Shown here: positions 10,635 through 20,195 of the stretch, in pieces
Position numbering within the stretch: position 1 is the first letter of the stretch
Layout: every line of letters starts with the position of its first letter
Assembly (NCBI GenBank): GCA_035532355.1
Contig: DATKRJ010000215.1
Span: forward strand, 7,247-71,246
Source of the DNA: Thermomicrobiaceae bacterium
Lineage (GTDB): Bacteria; Chloroflexota; Chloroflexia; Thermomicrobiales; Thermomicrobiaceae
DNA: 64,000 nucleotides
Reading direction: 5' to 3'
Notes under the pieces: generated by a model
Databases searched by the model: none
The model's input: only the letters and a program-made list of their open reading frames with translations
What the model was told of the DNA's origin: nothing
Position numbers and translations under genes: made by a program

Positions 10635-11585
10635 ATGGCCGAAGCGCATCCGAAGTACGTCTGGTGGAATGGGGACCAGGTCCGCTGGGAAGACGCCACG
10701 ATCCACGTCACCGACATCGGGTGGTCGACGGTGGGCGCGATCTTCGAGGGCATTCGCGCGTACTGGAACCCGCGGGAGCAGGAGGCGTACGTCTTCCGGC
10801 TGCCCGAGCATATGAAGCGCTTCGAGCGCTCGATGAAGCTGGTGCGGCTGCGGCAGGACATCTCCACGGACACCCTGTGTGACGTGATCGTCAAGCTGAT
10901 CCACGACAACGACCATCGGGAGAGCGTCTACATCCGCCCACTGGCCTATCGCGGCGGCGGCGACAGCAAGAGCTTCAGCGGCTTCGGCGGCGAGGCAGCC
11001 ATCCTGATCAACACGCGACCGAATCCGACGCACCTGCTGACCGGGAAGGCGCAGCACGCCTGCATCAGCTCCTGGACCCGCATCTCCGACAACGTGATGC
11101 CGCCGCGCATCAAGAACATCTCGAACTACCGCAACGGCCAGCTCGCCAACATGGAGGCCGCGATCAACGGGTACGACACGGCGATCCTGCTGAACACGCA
11201 GGGCACCGTCGCCGAGGGCGGCGGATCGTGCCTGATGATGGTCCGCGACGGCAAGCTGATCACGCCGGACGTCACCAGCAGCATCCTCGAGAGCATCACC
11301 CGTGACGCCATCATGACGATGGCGTCCGATGACCTCGGGGTCGAGGTCATCGAGCGGCCGGTCGACCGGACCGAGCTCTACATCGCCGACGAGGTCTTCA
11401 TGTGCGGCACCGCCGCGGAGATCACGCCGATCGTATCCGTCGATCGCTACGACGTGGGCGACGGCAGCGTCGGCCCGATTACGCGCCGGCTCGAGCAGCT
11501 CTTTCACGACGTGCTGCACGGCACCGACCCGCGCCACGCCGACTGGCGGACCCCGGTCGGCCTGGGCACGCTCGCGACGGCCTGA
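10635..11585 (+). CDS. ilvE: Branched-chain amino acid aminotransferase (class IV)
   Basis: YVWWNGDQVRWEDATIHV, NYRNGQLANMEA, EGGGSCLMMVRDGKLITP and ADEVFMCGTAAEITP. GGGAGG precedes the ATG at 10635. Confidence 0.85.
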   Translation: MAEAHPKYVWWNGDQVRWEDATIHVTDIGWSTVGAIFEGIRAYWNPREQEAYVFRLPEHMKRFERSMKLVRLRQDISTDTLCDVIVKLIHDNDHRESVYIRPLAYRGGGDSKSFSGFGGEAAILINTRPNPTHLLTGKAQHACISSWTRISDNVMPPRIKNISNYRNGQLANMEAAINGYDTAILLNTQGTVAEGGGSCLMMVRDGKLITPDVTSSILESITRDAIMTMASDDLGVEVIERPVDRTELYIADEVFMCGTAAEITPIVSVDRYDVGDGSVGPITRRLEQLFHDVLHGTDPRHADWRTPVGLGTLATA

Positions 11586-11611
11586 GCCGTTCGCCGCAAC
11601 CACGAGGTAAC

Positions 11612-11646
11612 GCAACGGGGCAGGTGGTTCGCACCTGCCCCGTTGC
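11612..11646. terminator. Perfect 15-bp hairpin between convergent genes (bidirectional terminator candidate)
   Basis: gcaacggggcaggtg (11612-11626), loop gttcg, cacctgccccgttgc (11632-11646). There is no strong T-tract. Confidence 0.5.
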
Positions 11647-11680
11647 GCTGTCGCTACCACGTGCTCGGCATGCGGCGCCG

Positions 11681-13054
11681 CTACGCCTCCGGGAAGAAGC
11701 CTTCCTCGAGCATCCGGCGGATGGTCACGTCGAACGCCTGCACGGTCCGGTCGATGTCGTCGATCGTGTGGACGGAGCTTAGCAGTCCGCCGCCGTGGAA
11801 CAGGTCGGCGCCGTTGAGCAGCATTCCCTGCGCCAGCGCGAGTGCCGCCTTGCCGCCGAGCCCGCCCTTCAGCACCTCCGGCGCGACGCCCTCGGGAATG
11901 TGGATATCCTCGCCACGCTGGTTGGTACACGACTGACCCAGGACGAGGTGGAATACCGAGCTCTCGCCCCAGGCAAAGCCAGGCACTCCCCGGCGCACCA
12001 GCACCTCGTTGAACCCCTTGCGGACGCGGGCGGCCATCTCGTCGGCGCGCTTCTGCACGCGCGGGTCCGCCACCATCTGCAGGGCCACCGCCCCGGCCAC
12101 CGCCGACAGCGGGTTCGCGTTGTAGGTGCCGGGGTGTCCGATCTTCTTGGTCTGATTCCAGCCCGGCTCGTCGCTGAACGCCAGCAACTGCATGATGTCG
12201 GCCCGACCCGCCACGCCGCCGCCCGGCAGCCCGCCCGCCAGGATCTTCGCCATCGTGGTCAGGTCCGGAGTCACTCCCTCGCGCTCCTGCTTGCCGCCCG
12301 GCGCCCAGCGGAACCCGGTGATGACCTCGTCAAAGATCAGTACGGTCGCGTGCCGGATCGTGATCTCGCGCAGCCGCGCCAGGAAGCCGTCCGGCACCGG
12401 AATCGAGGCGTATGACGCGCCGCTCGGCTCCAGGATGACGCCGGCCACGTCGCCCTCGGCGAGGCGCCGATCGACGAACTCCAGGTCGTTGACGGGCGCG
12501 ACCACGACCGTGTCGTACACGGCCTGGGGGATCCCCGGAGCCGAGCGGAGGTTGAACGGCGGTCGCTCGCCGGCCACCGCGTAGTCGTGCCATCCGTGAA
12601 AGTGCCCGGCGAACTTCATGATCCGGTCGCGACCGGTGAAGGCGCGCGCCAGGCGCATTGCCAGCATGGTCGCCTCGGTGCCGGACGACGTGAACTCGAC
12701 GCGCTCCGCCGACGGCACCAGGCGGCAGACCTGCTCGGCCCACTCCACCTCCAGTTCGTGGCTGGCGCCGAAGTGGGTCCCCTTGTGGACCTGCTCGCTC
12801 ACCGCGTCGGCGATCTCGGCGTTACAGTGGCCCAGGATCAGCGCCCCGTGACCCATCGAGTAGTCGACGAGCTCGTGGCCGTCGACGTCCCACTTGCGGG
12901 ATCCGGCCGCCCGCTCGACGTAGAGCGGGAACGGATCCAGGTGGCGTACGTCGTGGGTGATCCCGCCGGGGATCGCCTCGACCGCGCGCTGGAAACGCCG
13001 CATCGACCCCTGGAACTGCTCGACGAAGTCCTGCTCGATCGTTCGTCCTGCCAT
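11681..13054 (-). CDS. Class-III aminotransferase (glutamate-1-semialdehyde 2,1-aminomutase-like)
   Basis: GGITHDVRHLDPFPLY...DVDGHELVDYSMGHGALILGH...FTSSGTEATMLAMRLAR...IFDEVITGFR. The start was chosen at MAGRT. Confidence 0.8.
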   Translation of the reverse strand: MAGRTIEQDFVEQFQGSMRRFQRAVEAIPGGITHDVRHLDPFPLYVERAAGSRKWDVDGHELVDYSMGHGALILGHCNAEIADAVSEQVHKGTHFGASHELEVEWAEQVCRLVPSAERVEFTSSGTEATMLAMRLARAFTGRDRIMKFAGHFHGWHDYAVAGERPPFNLRSAPGIPQAVYDTVVVAPVNDLEFVDRRLAEGDVAGVILEPSGASYASIPVPDGFLARLREITIRHATVLIFDEVITGFRWAPGGKQEREGVTPDLTTMAKILAGGLPGGGVAGRADIMQLLAFSDEPGWNQTKKIGHPGTYNANPLSAVAGAVALQMVADPRVQKRADEMAARVRKGFNEVLVRRGVPGFAWGESSVFHLVLGQSCTNQRGEDIHIPEGVAPEVLKGGLGGKAALALAQGMLLNGADLFHGGGLLSSVHTIDDIDRTVQAFDVTIRRMLEEGFFPEA

Positions 13055-13240
13055 GGCTCTCCGCCCTCCCTCGAGGACCACTGCGCCGCGCGACGACACC
13101 CGGACGCGCGCGCCCGGTCGATTATCGGTGAGGCCCCGCCGAGCTGTCCAGGCGGAAGCGTCGCACGAGGCACGACCGGTCGTGGTGGACGTGACAGTTC
13201 GTCACAATCGTCCAGCTGCCCTTGCTGCTAGACTTGCCGC

Positions 13241-15721
13241 ATGAACACCTCCGAGTTGGTGAGTTCTGGCACCACGGAGCACTTCGTCGACGTCGCCGCC
13301 GACGCCCGCGTCGGGGAGCGCGGCCGGCTCCTGACATATGCTCTGCCTGAACCGCTGCTCGGGCCCGTGGCCCCCCGCCAGCTCGTCTGGGTGCCGCTCC
13401 GCGACGATCTCAAGCTGGCCATCGTCGTGCGGGTCCACCAGCATCGCCCCGGCTTTCCGGTTCGCGCCGTCCATGCGCCGGTCGAGCCGTGTTTCCGCCT
13501 GTCGGAGCGTCAGTGGGAGCTGGTGGAGTGGCTCAGCGAGGAGACGCTGTGCTCGCTGTTCGAGGCAGCCTCGCCGTTCCTGCCGCCCGGCGTTGGGCGG
13601 CGCAGCGTCGAGCACCTGCGCCTGCGCCACGAAGCGCTCGACGGCAGGCCTCTCACCCCGGTCCAGCGCCAACTGGTCGCGCTGCTCCGCGAGCGGGGCG
13701 AGATCACCGTCGACGCCGCGCGGCGCGCGCTCAACCGTACGCTAGCGTCGGTGATACCGGACCTCGAGTGCGCGGGCGTGCTCGAGCGCACGGCACGGGT
13801 TCAGCACCGCGTGCTGCGGGTCCCGACTGCGCGCTACGTTCGCCCACTACCGGGCGTCGCCCCGGAGCTCGGCCGGGCGCCGGCTCAGCGGCGCGCCTGG
13901 GAGGTGGTTCGCCGCCGCGCCGCGCTCGCGGGCGACCTCCTGCTGGCCTGGGACGATCTGGTCCGGCGCGGCGGCGTGACCGCCGAGGCGTTGCGGGCGC
14001 TCGGCGAGCGCGGCGCGATCGAGATCCTGGAGCTGCCGGCGCCACCTCGGGCACCCGGCATTCACCCGGCGGCGGCCACGATGGTTCAGCTCACCGCCGA
14101 GCAGAGCGCTGCCTGGCGCACCATCCTGGCAGCGCTGCGGACCGACGCACCGGACGAGTTCCTCCTCCACGGTGTCACCGGGAGCGGCAAGACTGAGATC
14201 TACCTGCGCGCCGCGGCCTGGTGCCTGAGCCGTGGCCGGCAGGTTATCGTGCTCGTTCCGGAGATCGCGCTGGCCTCCCAGGTCGTCGCCCGCTTCACCG
14301 AGCGCTTCCCCGGACAGGTCGCCGTGCTCCACAGCGCGCTACCCGACGCGGAGCGCTACCAGACGTGGACCGCGGCGGCGGAGGGGCGCATCCCGATCGT
14401 CGTCGGGCCGCGCTCCGCCCTGTTCGCGCCGCTGGCGCGCGTTGGCCTGATCATCATCGACGAGGAGCACGAGGGCTCGTACAAGCAGGACAACCCGCCC
14501 CGGTACCACGCCTGCGAGGTCGCCCGCCGGCTCGCGCGCCAGCACGGAGCGCTCCTGATCCAGGGTAGCGCCACGCCCGACGTGGCGACCTACTGGGAGG
14601 CCCGGGAAGGACCACTGCGATTACTGGAGCTCGCCGAGCGCGTCGGGCCGCTGGTGCTGGGTGCCGACGGCCTTACGCGCCGGAGCCCGCTCGGGTTACC
14701 GGAGGTCGAGCGCGTCGACATGCGCCTCGAGCTGCAGCAGGGGAACACCCACATCTTCAGCCGGGCCCTGCAGAGCGCCGTGAAGCGCGCCGTGGCCAGC
14801 GGCGAGCAGGCGATCCTCTTCCTCAACCGGCGGGGATCGTCGACCTTCATCCAGTGCCGCGCCTGCGGGCACGTCGAGACGTGCCCGTTCTGCGAGATCC
14901 CCCTCGTCTACCACGCGGACCGCGGGCAACTCGTCTGTCACCGCTGTAACGAACGGCGGATCCCGCCCCAGAGCTGCCCCGAGTGTGCCAGCCAGGCGAT
15001 CGGCTACTATGGCACCGGCACTCAGCGCGTGGAGACGGAGGTGCGTCGGCTGCTGCCAGAGGCGCGCGTGCTCCGCTGGGATCAGGACGCGCTACGTCGC
15101 GGCGTGGAACACCGGCATCTGATCGAGCGGGTGCTGCGGCACGAGGTCGATGTGGTCGTCGGCACGCAGATGGTCGCCAAGGGCCTCGACTTCCCGCTGG
15201 TCTCGACTATCGGCGTGATCAACGCCGACACGCTCCTGCATCTGCCCGACTTCCGCTCCGGCGAGCGCACATTCCAGATCCTTACCCAGGTTGCGGGGCG
15301 TGCCGGCCGGCGGGCGCCGGGCGCGCGCGTGATCTTCCAGTCCTTCACGCCCGACCACTACGCGATTCGTGCGGCCAGCCGGCACGACTACTTGAGCTTC
15401 TACGAGGAGGAGATCGCCTTCCGCCGCCGCCACGGCTACCCGCCGTTCCGGCGGCTGGCACGCCTGGTCTACCGCCACTCCGACGAGGTCACCTGCCAAA
15501 CGGTTGCGGAGGAGATGGGGGAGATGCTGGCGCGTACCGCGCTGCGGCTCGGCTTGCACGACGTCGATCTGCTCGGGCCAACGCCGGCCTTCACGGCGAA
15601 GTTGCGGGGACGTTACCAGTGGCAAATCGTCGTGCGCGGCTCGGACGCGCACGCGCTCCTGACGACGGTGGACCTCGATCCAGGCTGGATCGTCGACGTC
15701 GATCCGACGAGCCTGCTGTAG
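13241..15721 (+). CDS. priA: Primosomal protein N' (replication restart helicase PriA)
   Basis: Walker A GVTGSGKTEIYL, DEEHEGSYKQ, and the Cys-rich zinc region CRACGHVETCPFCEIPLVYH...CHRCN...CPECAS. Confidence 0.9.
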   Translation: MNTSELVSSGTTEHFVDVAADARVGERGRLLTYALPEPLLGPVAPRQLVWVPLRDDLKLAIVVRVHQHRPGFPVRAVHAPVEPCFRLSERQWELVEWLSEETLCSLFEAASPFLPPGVGRRSVEHLRLRHEALDGRPLTPVQRQLVALLRERGEITVDAARRALNRTLASVIPDLECAGVLERTARVQHRVLRVPTARYVRPLPGVAPELGRAPAQRRAWEVVRRRAALAGDLLLAWDDLVRRGGVTAEALRALGERGAIEILELPAPPRAPGIHPAAATMVQLTAEQSAAWRTILAALRTDAPDEFLLHGVTGSGKTEIYLRAAAWCLSRGRQVIVLVPEIALASQVVARFTERFPGQVAVLHSALPDAERYQTWTAAAEGRIPIVVGPRSALFAPLARVGLIIIDEEHEGSYKQDNPPRYHACEVARRLARQHGALLIQGSATPDVATYWEAREGPLRLLELAERVGPLVLGADGLTRRSPLGLPEVERVDMRLELQQGNTHIFSRALQSAVKRAVASGEQAILFLNRRGSSTFIQCRACGHVETCPFCEIPLVYHADRGQLVCHRCNERRIPPQSCPECASQAIGYYGTGTQRVETEVRRLLPEARVLRWDQDALRRGVEHRHLIERVLRHEVDVVVGTQMVAKGLDFPLVSTIGVINADTLLHLPDFRSGERTFQILTQVAGRAGRRAPGARVIFQSFTPDHYAIRAASRHDYLSFYEEEIAFRRRHGYPPFRRLARLVYRHSDEVTCQTVAEEMGEMLARTALRLGLHDVDLLGPTPAFTAKLRGRYQWQIVVRGSDAHALLTTVDLDPGWIVDVDPTSLL

Positions 15722-15804
15722 CCGGCGTATTCGCGGTTGCGCACTCGCGGCCCGGGAACACCCGCCCGTTCCCCGAGTGGCGGAAAGCAACGGTCCGTCG
15801 ACAC

Positions 15805-16668
15805 TCAGTCGCCGGGTTCGGCCGCGGCCAGCGGGATCCGACGACGGCGAGCGACCAACTCCGGCGATGGGACCTTGACGTTCCAGACCAGACCGACTCG
15901 ACGCATCAGGCGGATGGTCAGCCCGGTGAGGTCGAACTGCCGCCAGGTCATGCCGTGATACGCCATCGCCGGGAATGCGTGATGGTTGTGATGCCAGCCC
16001 TCGCCAAAGGCGAGCAGGCCGACGACCCAGTTGTTGCGGCTCTGGTCCTTGATGTCGAAGGGGCGGTCGCCGAAGGTGTGACAGACGGAGTTCACCGACC
16101 ACGTCACGTGGTTGACCACCGCGATCCGCACCAGACCGCCCCAGAGTAACCCCTGCCATCCCGCCAACAAGTACGGGATGACCAGCCCCAGGACAACCCA
16201 GAGCAGGAAGGTCCGATCCAGCGCGACGATCAGCGGATCGGCGAGGTGGCGTTTGCAGTAGCGCTCACGGTCCGCCGGCGGGGCCGAGAAGAACCAGCCG
16301 ATATGGGCGTGGAAGAACCCCTCCAGTGGCGAGTGCGGATCGCCCTCCAGGTCCGCGTAGGCGTGGTGCTTGAGGTGGTTGGCGGCCCAGTCGATCGCGC
16401 GGCCCTGGACGGCCATGGCTGCCAGGATCAGCACGACGGCCTTGACCACCGGCCCGGTGTCGAAGCTGCGATGGGTCAGCAGGCGATGGTAGCCGAACGT
16501 CACCCCAATACCGGTCAGCACGTAGAGTGAGAGGAACAGCGCGAGTTCACGCCAGCCAATCATGTGGTTCCACAGGTTGGCCATGGCGTAGACCGTCGCC
16601 AGCAGCGGCCCGACCACGAACACCAGCAGCACGCCCTGCCTCATGACCATGAATCGCGGTTGGGGCAT
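15805..16668 (-). CDS. Membrane fatty-acid (acyl-CoA/acyl-lipid delta-9 type) desaturase
   Basis: Three histidine boxes: HRLLTH, HLKHHAYAD and EGWHHNHHAFP. The start was chosen at MPQPRF. Confidence 0.85.
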   Translation of the reverse strand: MPQPRFMVMRQGVLLVFVVGPLLATVYAMANLWNHMIGWRELALFLSLYVLTGIGVTFGYHRLLTHRSFDTGPVVKAVVLILAAMAVQGRAIDWAANHLKHHAYADLEGDPHSPLEGFFHAHIGWFFSAPPADRERYCKRHLADPLIVALDRTFLLWVVLGLVIPYLLAGWQGLLWGGLVRIAVVNHVTWSVNSVCHTFGDRPFDIKDQSRNNWVVGLLAFGEGWHHNHHAFPAMAYHGMTWRQFDLTGLTIRLMRRVGLVWNVKVPSPELVARRRRIPLAAAEPGD

Positions 16669-17023
16669 GGAACTACCTTTCACACCCTGAACTCTGCTCC
16701 CCTGGCACGCGCGCGGGCAGGCGGCGCCCGTTGCGAGCCGCGTCGCCGCGCGAGCAGCAGGTGGAACCACACCGTGTGTCGCACACGGCGGACAGCGCGG
16801 AGGGGTTGCCGGCGACGGCTGGGTTATCCGTCGCGACGCACCTGGGGCGCAGAGATGCAGGGAGACAAACGTTGGCGATGTGGAGTGGCGAGGATGATTT
16901 CCTCACGCTGCAGTCAGTATACCGGCTCCCGGCCGAGAACGTTCGCCGTCGTCGGCCGGTTCGGACCGTCGCCGGTGCGCGGCCACCCTGCGCCGGCAGG
17001 CAGCGGCACGCCCGGAATGTGCG

Positions 17024-18517
17024 TCAGGCGACGGTGAAGGCCTGCACCCAGTGCTGCGCCAGATTGAGCAATGGACCTGAGAACAGGCCAAAGCCAATCG
17101 TGCCCAGCACCATCACCAGCAGCCCGACGCCGAGCAAGGGCGTGCGCTCGATCGTCCACTCGCCGGTCGGCTCCTGAAAGTACATCGTCGTGATCACGCG
17201 CAGGTAGAAGAAGGCCGACACGGCACTCATGACCACCACGGCCACCGCCAGCCAGACGAGCCCCGCCTGGATGGCTGCCAGGATGACGTAGTACTTGGCG
17301 TAGAAGCCGATCAGCGGCGGCATGCCCATCAGCGACAGCATGAAGACGGTCATCGCCAGGGCCGCGAGCGGGCTGCGCGACGCCAAGCCCCGGAAGTCGT
17401 CGAGCGTCACGCCGTGGCCGCGCGACTGCAGCCAGGTGACCACGCCGAAGGCGCCGATGTTCATGAAAGCATAGGCGAACAGGTAGAAAAGCAGGCTGCC
17501 GACGCTCTGATCACTCGCCTTCAGACCACTGAAGGCCGCCAGGCCGACCAGCATGTACCCGGTATGCCCGATCGAGGAGTAGCCGAGCATGCGCTTGACG
17601 TCGGTCTGGGCGATGGCCACCACGTTGCCGTAGACCATCGTGACCAGCGCGAGCGCGGCGACCAGGGTCAGCCAGGAATGGCTCAGCGGGCCGAGCGCCT
17701 GGACCATGATGCGGGCCATCGCGGCGAACCCCGCCACCTTCGGCACCACCGACATGTAGCCGCTCACCGGCGTCGGCGCGCCCTGGTATGCGTCCGGCGT
17801 CCACATGTGGAACGGCACCGCCGCGATCTTGAAGCCCAGACCGATCGCCAGCAGCAGGAGCGCCAGAAGCAGCGACGCCTCCACCCGTCCCTGGCCGGTC
17901 ACCGCCTTCTGCAACTGAGCCGAGATCCCCGACAGCGAGGTCGTCCCGGTCATACCGTAGGTCCAGGCCATGCCGTAGAGCAGGATCGCGGTCGCGAAGG
18001 CACCCAGCAGGAAGTACTTGAGCGCGCCTTCGATCGACGTCTCGCGTCCACGGTCGAAGCCGGTCAGCACGTAGACCGCGAGCGAGCTCATCTCGATGCC
18101 GATGAAGATCATCAGGAGATCACCGGCGGCGCCGACGAGCATGGTGCCGAAGATCGAGAAGAGGAGCAGCACCAGGTACTCCGGCAGCGGCATCCGCTCG
18201 TGCTCGGTGAGGCCCTGGACGTAGGACGACGAGATCATTACCGACAGGATCCCGGCCGTGAGCACCACGATGTTCACGAATAGGCTGAAGTAGTTCGCCT
18301 CGAACATGCCGTTGAAGGTCGTGCGGCCGGCACCCCAGTCGACCAGCAGGTTCGACGCCAACGCGAGCGCCAGCCCGAGCAGGGCAACCCAGGTGAGCAG
18401 CCCATGCCGCGCCCGCGGCAGCGCGACGTCTCCGATCAGGACGAGCGCCGCCGTCCCGAGCATGACCAATTCCGGGATGAGCAGGCCCCACTCAGGTCGT
18501 ACGAGATCCACCGGCAC
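17024..18517 (-). CDS. nuoN: NADH-quinone oxidoreductase subunit N
   Basis: [21 protein letters not shown] and a polytopic antiporter-like sequence. Last gene of the nuo operon. Confidence 0.9.
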   Translation of the reverse strand: MPVDLVRPEWGLLIPELVMLGTAALVLIGDVALPRARHGLLTWVALLGLALALASNLLVDWGAGRTTFNGMFEANYFSLFVNIVVLTAGILSVMISSSYVQGLTEHERMPLPEYLVLLLFSIFGTMLVGAAGDLLMIFIGIEMSSLAVYVLTGFDRGRETSIEGALKYFLLGAFATAILLYGMAWTYGMTGTTSLSGISAQLQKAVTGQGRVEASLLLALLLLAIGLGFKIAAVPFHMWTPDAYQGAPTPVSGYMSVVPKVAGFAAMARIMVQALGPLSHSWLTLVAALALVTMVYGNVVAIAQTDVKRMLGYSSIGHTGYMLVGLAAFSGLKASDQSVGSLLFYLFAYAFMNIGAFGVVTWLQSRGHGVTLDDFRGLASRSPLAALAMTVFMLSLMGMPPLIGFYAKYYVILAAIQAGLVWLAVAVVVMSAVSAFFYLRVITTMYFQEPTGEWTIERTPLLGVGLLVMVLGTIGFGLFSGPLLNLAQHWVQAFTVA

Positions 18518-18586
18518 GCTGTTACTCCTTCACCGGCCGTCGCGGCCCTCGGTCACACCGTGCCACGCGTCCGCCGGGCAACCCGA

Positions 18587-20176
18587 CTACATCCCCACTC
18601 CACCGAAGGGCTTGAGCACCGTCGTCACGAACGGGTGCAGGATGCCCATGATCCACTGCGGGTAGACCCCCACCCAGATTGTCAAGAGAAGGAGCGGCAC
18701 CAGCGTGACCAGTTCCTTCCAGTTGAGGTCCGGGAACGTCTTCGGTGGGACGAGATGCTCGTCGTACTCGGAGCCGCCCATCACCGGCGGCGGCGCTGCC
18801 TGCGCGCCGACCGTCCGCGATGCCGGGTCGGACGGGTCCGGCGGCTCGCCCGGGGCGCGCACCCAGGCGACCCGTTGGTACACCCACATCATGTACCAGG
18901 CCGACAGGATGACGACCGCCATGGCGACGATGCCGGCCGCGCGGTAGGTCCGGAACCCACCCAGCAACGACAGGAACTCGCCGACGAATCCGCTCAGCCC
19001 CGGCAGTCCGAGCGACGCGAGCATGAAGATGCCAAAGATGCTCGCGTAGATCGGCATGTTAGTCGCCAGCCCGCCGAAAGCCGAGATGAGCCGGGTGTGG
19101 CCGCGCACATAGATGATGCCGACGCAGAGGAAGAGCGCGCTCGTCACCAGCCCGTGGCTGAGCATCACGATCAGCGCGCCGTTCATCCCCTGCGAGTTGA
19201 GGGCGAAGATCCCCAGCGTGACGAAGCCCATGTGGCTGACCGACGAGTACGCCACCAGCTTCTTCAGGTCCGGCTGCACCAGCGCTACCAGCGCGCCGTA
19301 GATGATTGCGATCACGGACAGGATCACGATATAGGGCGCCCAGGTCCGCGCCGCGTCGGGGAAGAGCGGCAGGTTGAAGCGCAGCATGCCGTAGCCGCCC
19401 ATCTTCAGCAGCACGCCCGCCAGGATAACCGAGCCGGCGGTTGGCGCCTCGACGTGGGCGTCCGGCAGCCAGGTGTGGAAGGGCCACATTGGCACCTTGA
19501 TGGCGAAGGCGATGAAGAAGGCGGCGAATACCCACATCTGGAAGGTGTGGCTGTAGTGTCCGGTGGCGAGCACGGTCACGTCAAGGGTGCGCACGCCGGT
19601 CTGGTTGAAGTAGGACTGGTAGGTCGCGATGATCCCGACCAGCATCAGCAGGCTGCCGGCCAGCGTATAGAGGAAGAACTTGACCGACGCGTAGATGCGG
19701 TTCGCGCTGCCCCAGACGCCGATCAGGAGCGCCATCGGGATCAGCATGATCTCCCAGAAGATGTAGAAGACGAACAGGTCCAGGCTCACGAACACGCCCA
19801 GCATGCCGGTCTCGAGCAGCAGCATCGTGATCATGTACTCGCGGACCCGGTGGTCGATCGGATCCCACGAGGCGACGATAGCGATCACGGTGAGCATCGT
19901 CGTCAGGGCGATCAGCAGGACGGCCATGCCATCCACGCCCATGCGATAGGAGATGCCCACGTCCGGCAGCCACTTGGCGGTCTCGTTGAACTGCATGCCG
20001 GTCGCGCCGCGGTCGAAGCCGAACAGCACCACCAGCGACAGCCCCAGTGCCACGAGCGCCGCGATCAGCGCGATCCAGCGCGCGGCGTTGGCCGAGGCCC
20101 GCGGCCAGAAGAAGATGGCGGCCGCGCCCAAAAGCGGCGCGTAGGTCATCAGGCTCAGGATCGGAATCCCGTTCAC
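18587..20176 (-). CDS. nuoM: NADH-quinone oxidoreductase subunit M
   Basis: HTWLPDAHVEAPTAGSVILAGVLLKMGGYG. Confidence 0.9.
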   Translation of the reverse strand: MNGIPILSLMTYAPLLGAAAIFFWPRASANAARWIALIAALVALGLSLVVLFGFDRGATGMQFNETAKWLPDVGISYRMGVDGMAVLLIALTTMLTVIAIVASWDPIDHRVREYMITMLLLETGMLGVFVSLDLFVFYIFWEIMLIPMALLIGVWGSANRIYASVKFFLYTLAGSLLMLVGIIATYQSYFNQTGVRTLDVTVLATGHYSHTFQMWVFAAFFIAFAIKVPMWPFHTWLPDAHVEAPTAGSVILAGVLLKMGGYGMLRFNLPLFPDAARTWAPYIVILSVIAIIYGALVALVQPDLKKLVAYSSVSHMGFVTLGIFALNSQGMNGALIVMLSHGLVTSALFLCVGIIYVRGHTRLISAFGGLATNMPIYASIFGIFMLASLGLPGLSGFVGEFLSLLGGFRTYRAAGIVAMAVVILSAWYMMWVYQRVAWVRAPGEPPDPSDPASRTVGAQAAPPPVMGGSEYDEHLVPPKTFPDLNWKELVTLVPLLLLTIWVGVYPQWIMGILHPFVTTVLKPFGGVGM

Positions 20177-20195
20177 CAGCGCGCTCCTCTACCCG